DNA from: Camelus ferus
Lineage: Eukaryota
Direction: 5' to 3'
Length of the DNA: 64,000 nt
Assembly (NCBI RefSeq): GCF_009834535.1
Contig: NC_045698.1
Coordinates: 5,768,001 to 5,832,000, forward strand
The notes beneath the pieces are model-generated. The model searched no databases. It worked only from the letters and a program-made list of their open reading frames with translations, and was not told the DNA's origin. The stretch's first letter is position 1; every line of letters begins with the position of its first letter. The position numbers and the translations under genes are program-made. This document shows positions 12,561 to 25,700 of the stretch, one piece after another.

Positions 12561-13897
12561 GTTTTCACTGTGTGTGTGTACATACATGTATGTATGTGAA
12601 TGTATCACCCCAAATTAATATAAACCAGTAAATGAGCCAGTATCCTACAAAAGCAAGATGAGACAAATACAGAATTTTGTGGAAAAAAGCCATTGAAATT
12701 CTCATATTTCATTTCAAGATCTATGAGATAGTGTGAAAAATTCTTCTCTCAACAATACTTGTACTTGGATTAATTGAAATAAGCATGGTAAATATACTTG
12801 GACTTCCTTTGGTGCCATCCCAATGATTATATTCCACTTTCTCTTATGAATAATGATTCTTGTCCTTTGTTCCCTCCCTTTATAGGTACAAAATGTATCA
12901 TCCTTGTCAACTATTTGTTAGGAAAACCTTAAGACAACTCTGGATCAAAAAACAATACGACAAGTCAGTAGCTTTAAATTCTTTATATGGATTAATAAAA
13001 GGTTGAGAAAATGGTGGAAAAAATTTAGTTCTAAGAACGCTAAAATCTCTGAAATAAGTAATTACATAAAAAATAGAAGGTTGAAAGTTGCTTTAATGAT
13101 ACTGTAAGAATTTGCAATAACCCTGGAGAGAACATGATGCAAGAAACCTGGAGAGAAATAAATGTCTCCAGTTTCTATAAAGAGATAGTAAAAAGATGGA
13201 AACTATTGAAATATGAGCCCTTATGTATCTTTAGGAGATACCTTCCCCCAAATGAAACTGCCCTTAGCCAGTTCTGATGATGTGTAGGTGGGACGTCAAG
13301 TTCTATCTTTATAATATTTTATATTGTTTTCTCAGAAGGCATAAGCGTTTAAGATTAGTTGCTCTAAACACTGAGTATCAGTGCTGTAAAAACAAACTAG
13401 AATGAAAAAGTTAGCTGATAAATTATACTTGGGAATAATAAAAAGGAACCGGTCAACTAGAAGAGGAAGTCATGTCATGCAAAGCATACCTCTGTGAAGG
13501 GAAGCAGGGAAGTTTATGAGGGTTAAAATAGAAAACAAATTCTGAAATGCCAGTCTAACTTTGACTCCAGTCTTGTGTCCCACACAGACGAAAGGGGCAC
13601 AGACCTCTCACGGCCCCTGTGCCACCTGCGCCACACCAAGCCCCACACGCTGCCACGTGCTCTATTTTCAGTGCAGTAAATCAAAACATCAGAAATCCTA
13701 AAAGGTCTGTGTCTCCAAATATATCAAGTTAAAGAAAATCTTGATTAAGCTCACCCTGAAGCCGCATTTAAAACAAATTATGTGTGACTCTCTGGCCCAG
13801 GACATCAATAAAATATCAGATTAAAAAATGTCCACTTCTGTGGGGGTGAAGGAATAGGAGAGGGAAGTTATGTATATCATTAGTTATGTGTACCATT

Positions 13898-13938
13898 ACA
13901 CACACACACACACACGCACACGCACACAGACACACACA
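13898..13938. repeat. (CA)n microsatellite
   Basis: Direct reading. Confidence 0.95.
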
Positions 13939-14182
13939 GACTTTGGGGATTTGTGAAGTCGTGACCGTTTTGACCATTAGCAGTGATGGTCGGATGGTAT
14001 GTTCATGGATTCTGTGGCCAACCTTCCCTTTAATTGGTATTGCACATATGGCCTTTTTTTTGGTTTTCATTGCTTTCTTGCACAAATGACCACAAGTACA
14101 AATGTGTTTGTAAACATATTTAGAAATTATTCACACAATGAACCCATGTCAATATGATGACATATTATTGGTGAACATTCCA

Positions 14183-16900
14183 ATCATTCATTCATTAATT
14201 CATTCATCAATCAAACATCTAGTGTCTAGTCTGTGCTGGGACTTGAGCTACATACTGGGGATACGCTGCTGGTGGCAGCATCCATGCTGACCAAGTAAAC
14301 TAGTAATTACAAGACACAGACAGGCTCTGGCTGGCAGGGCTAGAGGAGGCTTCCTTTAGGAAGTGCTACCTGAGGTGCATCAGAAAATGAGAATATAGGG
14401 GGTTAAGGTGAAGATCAGACAAGGAAAAACTTCCCATGCGGAAGCACAGTGTGTGCCAAGGCTGCAGAAAGAGAAAGTCTGAACTCTTAGGGAATCTTCT
14501 AGCTTTGATATAACTGGGAATGAGGGCTTAAAGAAGCAGAATGGAGAGAGAAGAGGGTTGTGCTATGTTAATATTTATAATTTAAGAAAAACCAGGATCT
14601 TATTTACATTGTCAAAGGGTCAGTAGACATGGATTAACAAGGTCACAAAAGGAGGCAGTGAGACCAGTAAAAGAGCTACTGTTATAAATGCAAGATATGG
14701 TAAAGGACAGAAACAAGGCTGTGATGGTGAAAATAGAGGAAGGGGTAGCTTTGAGTGACATATAGGAGGTTGAATCATCAGGAATTAGAGGCTGATCTGA
14801 TTTGGGAGGTGAATGAAGAAGTGGAGGAGTCAGCGGTGATGGGCGGGTCCCTAGACTGGGTGTTTGGATGGTGTCATATACTAAGATGGGCAGGGCAGAG
14901 AAGGGTGTCACCATGTGTGGGTGGTGAGGAATGGAAGGGGTCATTGTATGGGTGTAGCACAGAGGGTGTGGGATGAAGGATGCAGGAAAGAGGATGTGAG
15001 CTTAGTTTTAGACAAGTCTATGGTCAGCCTTTTATGGGACATCCATTTAAAACTGTGAATAATGGGAAAGATGTTTCAATCTGGAACCAGCAGTGTGGGG
15101 GTTTGAAGGAAGGGTTATGAGATCATTTATTAGAAGTATGAAGAGTGAGAAGAGAAGAGAATCTAGGATGAAACAGGCAGGAACTGTAGTAATAAAGGTG
15201 AAGGAATAGGAGTTGTCAAAGTGGTCTGGGAAGGGTAGTCAGAGAAACAAAAGGAAGACCAAAGAGAGGTGTCAGAGGACAAAAGTCTTTGAGAAGGAGG
15301 GGAGGTCATTATGGTCGAATCTTGCTGTGGGTTCATGTGAAATCAGGAATGAAGTCCAGGGGCATCTGATAACCCAGTGGTCACTAGTGATATTAGAAGG
15401 AACAGGTTCATGGAGATCCTGGTAAGTATGAGTGATGAGGTGGCCAAGACACTTACAGATCACAGCACCTGAAGATTAAAGCAAACACTTTGGGCAATAG
15501 GTAGCAGAGACAAGTTGGACTGAAGGAAGATGCCTCTGAGATGGAGAACTCACAAGGAACTACGGATAGGCTGAAGTAGACCAGTAAGAAGAGAGGAGAG
15601 GGATGGAGATTCATGCAGAGTGGGGACAGTTCCTAGGATTTGTTTCCTAAGGAGGCAGAAGGAGTGTGGAGGCCACTCCTTGGGCCAACCTGGAGGCCAG
15701 TCCTTGGGCTGGAGGAGAGCCTGCTCCCTGAGCAAGGGGAAAGGAACAATGAGAGCCGTCAGTGTGAAGCTGATGGGGCTGGGGGGTAGGGGATCCAGAA
15801 TTGGAGAAGCTTTTACTAATTCCCTTATTTTCCCCTATTTTCTTTGTGAAATTATAAGTGAGAAAACTTTCTGAACCAGATGTCAAGTAGAGTTTAAGGA
15901 TGAGGGATAGTCAACAGAAGAATGGATAAAGATGAGGTATATACATGCAATGGGATATTACAGCCATAACATGAAAGAAATTCTGCCATCTGCAGTAACG
16001 TGGATGCACCTAAAGAATATTATGCTTAGTGAAATATGTCAGACACAGCGAGATAAATACCGTATAATATAACATATGTAGAATATTAAAAAACACAAAC
16101 AAATAAACATGAAAAGCTGAGAAAATCTCATAGACAGAGAAAACAAACAAGTGGTTACCAAAGGGAAGAGGGAGTGGGGGAAGGGCAACTGGGGGTATGT
16201 GACTAAGAGATACAAATTACTGTGCATAAAATACATGAGCAACAAGGATATACTGTTTAGCACAGGGAATTACAGTCATTATCTTGTCATAAATTTTAAT
16301 GGAATGTAATCTGTAAAAATACTGAACCACAATGCTGTACTCCTGAAATTAACATAATATTATAAGTCAAGCATAGTTCAATAAAAAAGAGAGAGGAATT
16401 ACAGGATAGGGATAAAATTTTTGAACCCTTTTTAATGGGAAATCAGAGAGACTGGCCACCAGGACACACAGTGCGATTGCCGGGTGGCAATGAGGAAACC
16501 GTTGGAGACCACGAATTTTTAGGGACCCCCATCTGCAAGTATATATGATACCCTTCAATGATACTCAGCAACCTGACACTGCAGGGGGAAGGTTTAGAGA
16601 GACTGGAGTTTCTTGGTGGAGAGGTGTTGGAAACCCATGGAGTTCAGAGAGATGATATAGAGATAAGGTAAGAATAGTCAATGAAATGCGTAGGGGACAA
16701 GTAAAGACAGGAGGAGACTGAAGAGAGAAAGTAGAGACGGGGCATTTCAATGAATTTAGAAATAAGTTGGTGGAAGAGCTGGACATATAGGCAAGTGTGG
16801 CTACTAGTAGAGTTCAAGAGTCCACTGGATATGTTTAGTAAGCTTCAGAGGCAGCTGTGAGGATTTAGATCTGTCCACAGTTCCTGCAGAATGGCAGTAG
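14183..16900 (-). mobile_element. Long L2 element (3' tail at ~14185), interrupted by a younger L1
   Basis: Starts with cattcattcatt...caaacat (reverse L2 tail), followed by the typical antisense L2 body. Confidence 0.75.
15911..16388 (+). mobile_element. L1 3' end, cetartiodactyl-type
   Basis: gaatggataaag, aatattatgcttagtgaaat, caacaaggatatactg...agcacagggaa, ending ttcaataaaaaa. Confidence 0.9.
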
Positions 16901-17759
16901 GTGACAGGACCCTAACCTCCCCAGTCACAGGCCAGCCCACTGACTATCGGCTGGACCTTGCTCATTTATGCCCTTCCCAAGACTGGCTGAGTCACAGCTA
17001 GCAGTTAGTCAGTGATAGGTGCTTGAGCTGAAAGGTTACACAGTGCTGTCTTAGGGCAAAAGATGATGGAGGAAAAGTGATGGGGAGGAAGGTCTTCAGA
17101 TAAGCAGAGGCAAATGGATGAAGTGCAGACAACTGCCCCCAACTCCAGTCTTCACGAAGCCTGACAGAGCTCAGCTTATCATGAAGCTTTAGCTTAAGGC
17201 TCCCACACATGCACAGCCACCTCCACACAGTGTGTTCATGCAGTAACATATGTTTAAGTAAAATTTGTAGCTAAAGATATTATGACTCCGATTGGTTAAA
17301 ACAGCAGACACCTTCCACTTGTCTTCCTCTCTATCACACTTCTCCACCAGCCTATCTGTCATGTTTATGCGATTCTTGGTCACATCTGTGCATAGTTAAG
17401 TTATCGCTACCCATGGCTGTGTAGAAAGAGTTCCCCTGGAGCCATGACATGTAGGGCCAGAGGCCATATAATGATAAGAATTGGCCCAACAGCTCCAAGA
17501 TTCAGAAGTATGTGAGTGTTGACAAGGAAAGAAGGCCTGAGTTATACAGACTGGAAGCCAGTCTGAGGGACAGTCTTACAATTAGATGTAAAATATTTTA
17601 AGCAGAGGATATGGGTCTCACTTATGTCTATTCAAAGGGGAATTTCTTTCTTCTCAGGAGTAAATTCCAATGACACAACATACAGAATAGTAAATACACC
17701 ATAAATATTTTCCCCTTATAATTGAAATTGTACAAACTAGAATTGATCAAAACCTCTAT

Positions 17760-18264
17760 ATTTTTCTATAGCACAAAGTATATAGTTTTATACAAACAGC
17801 TGGTATGTCTTTAACAACTGCTATTTGAAAAAAGCTTGGTAGAGGTTTTCCTAAATTTGACAAAACCACAAAATTGACCTGACATTACCAGTGAGATGTG
17901 AAGATAAAATAAAATTTTAAACTATCAATAATATGACGTTAAATTTTGATCATCCATGCTAGAGAAAATACTGAATTATTTTTCCAAAGTTGCCAGAGAA
18001 AATGTTATAGAATTGCCACATGAAGAGGTGATTAAAGAGTATGCAGCCAAAGATGACAGGAAAAATATTGTGAAGGTAGGCTGAGTGATTATAAATAAAA
18101 CTTTATGTTATTGATATTGTTGTAGATCTTACAGCATCTTTGGTATTTATTAGTATTTTAATATTTGTAATTTGTTACTTCAAATTTTCAGTTCTTCATT
18201 GTGTAGTATTTTTTAAGAGGGCTCCAGAAATCCATAAGGGCTCCACAAACCCGGACCTACCCCA
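17760..18264 (+). mobile_element. hAT-Tip100 (Zaphod-like) DNA transposon 3' end with transposase C-terminal remnant
   Basis: aaactatcaataat...ccatgctagagaaaatactgaattat...catgaagaggtgattaaagagtatgcagccaaa, and terminus ggctccacaaacccggacctacccc. Confidence 0.7.
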
Positions 18265-19021
18265 GTATCTGACTTACTATCTGACAACCACCCTGCCCCC
18301 TGCAGCTGGAGAGGTGCCGATGGAAACTAGCTTCTCCAAGGGAAGGTATTCTGGGTAATACGGTGGCTCCAGGATGGCCACAGGAACAGGGAGCCATGCT
18401 GAAGCAGAACAGAGCTGAGAGTCCACAAAGACAGCAAGGACTGAAGAGACGCTCGCGTGGGACGGGGCACTTAAGGGCACAAATGTGACTACCAGTGAAG
18501 CAAGGCTACAGGGCAGTCCCCAGTCAAAAATCAGTACTGCGGCTGTAATCTCTTAGTCTTATTGTTCGGTCATTCGTTCAGCAATAGATAGGCGCTTACT
18601 GTGTATGTGGTACTGCATATTTGTGTGGGTGTGTATTTGCACCTGTGGGGATAGGTGTGTTTATGTATGCTTAGTGCTTACCTAATTATCACAATTGATC
18701 TATTATAACTTTTTAAATCCTGGAGTTTAAGGGTTTGAGAAAAGATTGATTAAGACAAGGAAATATCAGTATGAATTGAGACAACTGTATTTGAACATTA
18801 AGGAGAAAACCAAGTAAGCCAACAGGAAATAGGTTCCCATTGCCAAGACACTGTCAATAATCTAATATAGAAAAATTCAAATTTATGGACATCTGCATAT
18901 AGATGTTTCACTTTTTCTCTTCTGGTTTTCAACATAATTATTTAGGAAATAGCTTCAAACTGCCCTTTCCTGCAAATATTTGTCTTGCCTGGTATGACCT
19001 GAGAGGAAGCAACATCACACA

Positions 19022-19115
19022 TCTCTCTCTCTGAAGCACACACACACACACACACAAATGCCGACACACATCTGCATTCATATAGCCACACATACCCCTA
19101 CACACACACACACAC
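19022..19115. repeat. Compound (CT)n/(CA)n microsatellite
   Basis: Direct reading. Confidence 0.9.
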
Positions 19116-19152
19116 CTATTAAATAACTTGTGATCTGCAAAGCAAGATGTCA

Positions 19153-19584
19153 ACCTTGACTCGAGAAGGGCTGGGATGCAGACAAGGGAATCCTCTAACA
19201 GATGGTCTCCTGCTGGTGTGCAAAGCAACACAGGGTCCTGAAGAAGCGGATATCCTAATGTGCTTCGTGGATGCATTCTGTTATATGTATAGAATCGGGT
19301 CACAGCATCCTCTTCAGTGGTTTTGTGTAGACTTCATACTCTGCTGTGGTGACCTCTGATTTCACAAGGACGTGAGAGAAGCTCACTTGGGCTTCTTCCT
19401 TCAAGTTCACCCTAAATCCCCAGTTCACCAGAGGAAGCCACGGCTCCTGGGGAAGACATTCATTATTATGATTCAAAGCATCAGTTGCGCACACCATCAA
19501 TCTGAAGGATCTGAGCAGCGGGAAGCTCCGGGAGGGCTGAGTAAGATTTTGCTCCAAGACCTGGTGAAGCAAGCACAGATCTTC
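19153..19584 (-). pseudogene. Degraded reading frame; candidate endogenous filovirus-like nucleoprotein fragment
   Basis: 144 codons with 3 in-frame stops. By-eye collinear motifs against the recalled Ebola virus NP residues ~50-183. Not confirmed by any search. Confidence 0.3.
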
Positions 19585-20814
19585 TGAGGAGGTTCTGGTT
19601 TGGAGACTGTAAGAGTGAGGGGCAACTCATTACAAGGTAGTATTCTGCACTCATGGTCCACGTGGAATCCTGGTCCATCACTCCCAAATCAGGAACCCAT
19701 CTGGATAAGCAGCCTCTGTCCAATAAAGATGAGGATTTTTCTTGGTGGTCATTCCTGCCAATGGTTTATCTTTCTTCATTACCTTAAATCCACTGGCCAG
19801 TCACCTCAAAAACTTACATGCAGAGAGTGTGGTATCTCACTGAACGGATACAGCTTGTACATCCACAGGCACAGAGAGTTTTACTCTGCATGTGATGGAG
19901 CATGGGAGAGTTCATCGACATGAGCGTATTTCTTTACAAATAGATGTAGATGTGTTCTCAGAAGTCACAGAGCTTTCTTACATTATAGCAATGATTTGAC
20001 ACTTGTTTCTGCTACCACTGCTGGACACAAATGGAATCAGGTGGTCCAGATCACCCAGTTTGAAACTGTAATTCAGCATTTAAGTGACAATACTCTCTTT
20101 CAGACAGAAGAAATATGTGCCAATAAACACAACAAAATAGACCTATGTTCACAGAAGGGGTTTTTTTTCATTAGTAATTGGAAAAAGGCACTTTAATACA
20201 TAAAACTTCTATCTATGTCCCAATCTAGGAACTGGGACTTTGAGTCAATAGGACAAATCTAGTGAAGCATTAGAGACGTGATTCAGTTCCCAATACACAT
20301 CACACTCATCACTCTCTGGCTCGTTTTTAGCTACACAGTAACCCACTCCCAGAGCATCACTGGGTAGGACATTCAAACTGTCTCATAGTGAAGAGTTCAG
20401 ATGATGAATGCAACCTTACTGTGAGGGTGATGGCAGCAACATTTAATTGAATTAGAATCAGGCAGACAATTTCCATCAATAATTAATGTGTTGAGTCAAT
20501 AAGATAGCTGGATTGTGATCAATATTATATCATAAGGCAGTAATTGCTGAGCACTTCAATACAATTTTGAAGATCCAAAATTGATTGTAATATTTTATAT
20601 CCCAAAACAGTTAGGTCAGCATTTTGCTGAAAGATGAAGTTGTGTATTTGCGCAGGACCAGTGATTTGCGCAGGACCCAGAGAAAAATCAATGACAAAAC
20701 TGTGAATACAGTTCCTTTTTCCTGGAATATAGTTCTGTGACTGGTCCACAGGGAACTCATGGCTAGAGATTTTATTAGCTGAGGTCAGGCTGTGGGAATG
20801 TCGACGTTACCTTA

Positions 20815-20945
20815 TTACAATGGGGTACCAGGGACCGCAGCATTGTCACTTGAGAACTGGTTAGAAATGCTAATTCAGGGGTGTCAGCCCCACACCTACT
20901 GAATAAGAAATTCTGGGGGTGGGGTTCTCATAACCCATGTCATCA
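20815..20945. mobile_element. MER5A-like hAT-Charlie fragment
   Basis: gcagcatt...cacttgagaactggttagaaatgc...cacacctactgaataagaaattctgggggtgggg. Confidence 0.8.
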
Positions 20946-21789
20946 GAGAGAAGAAAATTGCTGATCAGTAGTATCTTGGTATCCCCCCATAAACATTAGT
21001 TTTATCCTATATCTGCTCCAGTTAATTAAGTCTTTTATTTATTTTGGTTAATTATTTCATTACATTTTAGGACCATTACCCTTTTTTACTGCCTTTTACA
21101 CAGTGACACTTGGGTTGGAATCCACTCACATGGCTACCTGCATCTATGTGGGAACAAGAGGACCAGTGGGGGTGTCCCCTCTGCTGATAATTGCTGCTTC
21201 TGGTTCATGCACTAGTGAAATGAATAAAGCCACTGGTGTCTTCATGGTCACATAGGGCTGTACAGTACAGACATCTGGCTTTGCCTTCCTCTTGGTTTAA
21301 GTTGTCCCTTCTTGGTCTCTGTTCTCTCCTTATTTCAAAGTATGGTGGAAGCTGCAGCTTCCCGTGCCCTACTCTCATCAGAGGCACAAAGCTCTTACCC
21401 AGGTTTTGGTTATGAGCCTCAACACCCATGTGGAGTACGTGTTCTGGAGCAGCCTGCCTCTCCCTCATCTAACATTCATATTCACATAAATAAAGATGTT
21501 TTCACAGAATTGGAATTTCAGTTATAATCCCTATTATGGAAGAGAGATTTATTCTTGGAAAAATTGCAAAACCATCAGCCAAGGTATTGTGTATTATTAC
21601 TCCATTTGTGAACATTTAACATTCCAAGGTCATGGACTAAATATTTCCTTTTCTCCCCAGTAATTCTCAGTCTTTATACTTATAGGGACAAAATGTATGA
21701 GAATTAACCAACCTCTCAATTATAGAAAACAGAGACATTTTAAATGAAATATGGGCAGGAGAAAATGCTTGAGACTTTCCAAGATTATT

Positions 21790-23180
21790 TTTTCTTTTTG
21801 AGAGAGAACAAAGAGAGACTATATCCTGTGAAATATCAAAATACTCTGAAATTGCAATGACTGTAATTGTATTAACTCAGAAAAAAGGAGTGAAACAATG
21901 AAATAGAAGAGAACTCAGCATAAGGGCCACATAAAATGTTTAAAATACATAAAAAGACAGCATTTCAAATCAGTAATGAAAGTATAAATGTCATTAGGAA
22001 AAACCTACCAAGCAGATAAACAAAAAGGTATATACCTGCCACATGTCAAGAACCATAATTAGTTTATATGGATTGAAAATATAAATAAAAATAATCAATG
22101 TATTGGAAGATTATATAGACGTTCATTTTCTAGTCAGAGTTAGAATTGTTTCATGAAGACACAAATCCTAAAAGCAAAAATAAATTTAAAGTGAATTGAC
22201 ATGTAAATGAAATAATATATACATTTAATATATATATATGCACAAATATATAAATATATAGTGAATATATAATTGATATATTAACATATATAATATACAT
22301 ATATATGTAGACATATATCTATTTAATTAATATATATAATTAAATATATGTGTAATAATTTAGGGAAGTTCTGCTTGCTACACAAAGTTTAGAAGCCATA
22401 CAAAAATTATTGATAGAGCTGATGTCTTGTAAACTCCTCTATATCACAAAAAATACAACAAAACAGTCAAAAGACAAGTGATAATGTCTAACAGACAAAA
22501 AGTTCTCACAAAGAAATAAGAAAGGATAATAACAGAAAACTATGCAAAGCATATGCAATAGTTAATATACAAAATTAGAAAAATGCAAATTAAACAAATG
22601 GTATACAGTTTTCCCTTCAGATTGGCAGAAATTGCTAATCCATAGTGTTGTTGAGGGTGCAGTGTGCATGGTAAGCTAGTGTTCCACTTGTGCAATTCCC
22701 AGTTGGTATAGATTTTAAAGAAGGTAATCCAGGTATCCCTGTTAAATCTAAAATGCACAGCCCCCCCTAGAGAAATGTACATTTGTGTGCAAAAAAGACA
22801 TTTGCAAGGATGGGTGTGGAAACTTCACTTGAAACAGCAGAATAACTGGAAATAACCTAGCTGGCTATCAATGCATGATCCGCAGTAGTTAGAAAGACAA
22901 AGTATAAATTTACAGGTTTTGATACAAAAATAATCCCAAGGAGAGTGGTGTGTAAGCCTAACCATTACAGCCACACGTGTCACAAGCATGTTTTGGGCAC
23001 ATGCTTCTTAAAACACTTAAGGACATTGGAGAAGATGTTGATACATCTTCAGTGATTTGCACCTTCTCAGTTTCAATGGTCAGGAATATGACAGCAAGGA
23101 CTCCCAACGCATGGGGAAATATTTTGTGCAAGCTGTATGTTCATTATCAGTTTTCTTGAGATATGAATACTCAATACTGA
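21790..23180 (+). mobile_element. Old L1M (L1ME-like) ORF2/3' fragments containing a (TA)n tract at ~22200-22350
   Basis: A-rich L1-like motifs: aaaatgcaaattaaacaaatg, cagattggcagaaat, ggaaataacctagctggctatcaa. Confidence 0.65.
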
Positions 23181-24599
23181 ATTTCTTATTGAGCATATGC
23201 TTTCAATTTTTAAGTTCATTGATATCAGAGGAGTTTATTGCAAAACAGAGAAAGAGTGTTACCAAAGAATAAAAATAAATAAATGCTAAATCCATTGCAG
23301 TGAGAATGTTCCGATTACTGTCCACCTGCTCTTATGTATATTTAATGAGGTTAAGTCAGTTTCTCAGAGTCTAAGCTCCTTAGAGCACTGGAAAGGGAGA
23401 AACCAAGGGATCTCAAAAGGAAGAAGAGGGTCAGATCAGGTAGCTTTCCTCCAAGAAGTAACCAACCAAAGCCATCAGGTGCGTCTCTCCATTACTCAAA
23501 CCAGGGTGGGATTGGGGAATAAGAAGATTTTCTAATTACTCTAGATGGTGCTGCTGCGGACGGTTTGAGGCCCTGGAGGGCAAAGACTGAAACCAGCAAC
23601 TTTTATTTATATCTTGATCAGGTTAGTTATTTAGTTAACATTCCCTACTACACATAACAAATAGCAAAAAGACATCCCCGTTGCAGTTCCCCATTCAGCA
23701 TGGAACGGCACTGTCATTACCAACTGCAACAAGAGGCTTCCATTTCTGGGTGGGAGAGGAGTACTGGCTGAAAGGGGAAAACTCTCTGCCTTCACTGGAA
23801 TCTATACAGAATATTTCAATGACCTTAAAAAACTTTTTCAACATAACAAACTAGTCACATAGCTCAAGCAGATTAGTCTGGAGTATATAGAAATTTTAGA
23901 CAAAAGAGGTGTCATTGAAAAGTCATTTTTAAAATGTTTTGCATCTGAGTTATCATGCACATTTGTACCGTTGTACCATTAAGTTGGATTTTATTCCCAA
24001 ATAGCACTGGAAGTCCAGTTACTCTCTGAATCTAATTCTATTCAAGTGGGACCTTGTGCCTGACTAAATGTACACGCGAGAGAGCTCTGATTGCAGGCTG
24101 TCTTAGTGTCAGTATTCACGGTTTCTATCCCCAGGCTATAACCAAGGTACAAAGCTTTGATTAGGGTCTTTGTCACTTTCATCCTCAAGGTAGATGTAGA
24201 AAGAGATGAAGGAATTCAAAGATTTCATTCAATTTTTTCCCCTAAAGGGTTTGATAAGTATTTCTAATATGAAAAGAATCCTATTTGAAAGTCAAGTTTA
24301 GAGCATGGTTTAAATTTTATTTGGGGACTTAAGCCTCATGAAAAAGTCTCACGCTCTTTTTCATGTTTTAGCTATGCGTGTGGCATTATCTATTTGCCGA
24401 GAACTCCTTAGGGTGAATAGTATTCCATTAGCTAACCTAAGAAAAAAATCTTCAAAACCAGCAATAGTTTATAACTCAAGAAATTTCTAAATAGTTTAGG
24501 CTCACTAAAAGTAGATTAGGATTAAGAAAAAGTGATATGACATAATATGGTTGGCCTTTTTGACGGCAATTAACCAAAAACTAATTTTCCCATCCAAAG

Positions 24600-24820
24600 C
24601 TAATATCTACTAATTATTACATTGCCTTTGTTCCAAAAGTGGCACTTAATGATTTACATATATTGTCTTTTTTATTTTCACAATGATGATACAGATTAGG
24701 TATGACTTCCCCCTTTCGGCAAGTGAGGACATTGAGCTTTAAAAGGATAAATACCTTGCCTGAGTTTGTACTTCTGGTGGGTGTCCTACAACTGTCATCC
24801 AGAGTGTTTATTCTTAAGTC
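24600..24820 (-). mobile_element. MIR fragment
   Basis: gtgaggacattgagcttt...ataaataccttgcctgag. Confidence 0.55.
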
Positions 24821-25499
24821 AATAACTCAAAAAAAGTAGAACTATCCTAATAACACAAGAAAAAAAGGAAAAATTCCAGAGCGGAAAATTGGACATTCTC
24901 ATTCAGTTTAGGAGGAAAACAGCCATTGGAATTTTGGGGATTCAATGTCACTACCAAGGCCGTTCCTCATGCAGTTAGATAAAAATTTCTAAATTTCGGG
25001 TCCTGATGGTAAAACCACTCCATCTTGGCCTAGAAGATTGAACTTTTCAAGACAACTAAGTCTCTTTATTCTAATGCCAACTCAGTAGACACACATTCTC
25101 AAACAGACCTGCCCGTGTAAGAGATCTTTTAAAAGTCTAATAAACTGACTATTGTGACCCTCTATTGTATCAGCGAATAGCTTCTGGCTATGATACTGTT
25201 TCTCACGCAGCCTGAATAAAGAGAAAACATGCTGAGTGAGTACGAGACACAGTTTCCAGGCTGCACAGGAATCATGTGGCCCCAAGAGGCGCAGACAGGC
25301 ATTCTGCTGTCCTCTGAGGATGCGTTCACTTAGGAGGCATGCGTTAGTCCTTTGCAGCCCAATGTCCCTGGGCACCAGCAAGAGGCAGAGCTCAAAAACC
25401 AGAAGGCAACCCAGTTGGCTTTCTTCTAAATGACACAGTTGAACACCAGATGCTCCCAGAACTGCTATACACAGGACAGGCCTAACATCTGCAGCCTCA

Positions 25500-25700
25500 G
25501 AACACACTGGATATTACCGAGTCGTTCAGATTTGGGAGGGAGGCAGAGCCTGCCCCTCCCCACTCACAGACAGGGAGGCCGAGGCTCACAGAGGCGAAAG
25601 CACTTACCTGAGGACCCGCATTCAGCCCCACATCCAGTAAGAGCATCTGGAACGGAGGCCTGTGTGCTTGGGCAGAGCTCTTTTAACCAGTCCAGGGCAG
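25500..25700 (-). mobile_element. MIR fragment
   Basis: cacagacagggaggccgaggctcacagaggcgaaagcacttacctgagg. Confidence 0.6.

Noticed and set aside
19300..19410. Resemblance of NLKEEAQVSFSHVLVKS...PLK to the mononegaviral L polymerase segment after motif C, or to an RT palm motif
   Set aside because: No GDNQ or YxDD motif at the expected upstream distance. The match is shorter than the NP one and shows how easily chance matches arise.
19147..20196. Plus-strand frame with four consecutive in-frame ORFs as a gene
   Set aside because: Interrupted by stops and unrecognisable. Better explained as the antisense shadow of a degraded minus-strand frame, or as chance.
20100..21350. Short resemblances to bornavirus G/L or paramyxovirus F (KILQSIL, SFVID, HLALPS)
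   Set aside because: Spacing and strand are inconsistent between motifs, so they are not collinear.
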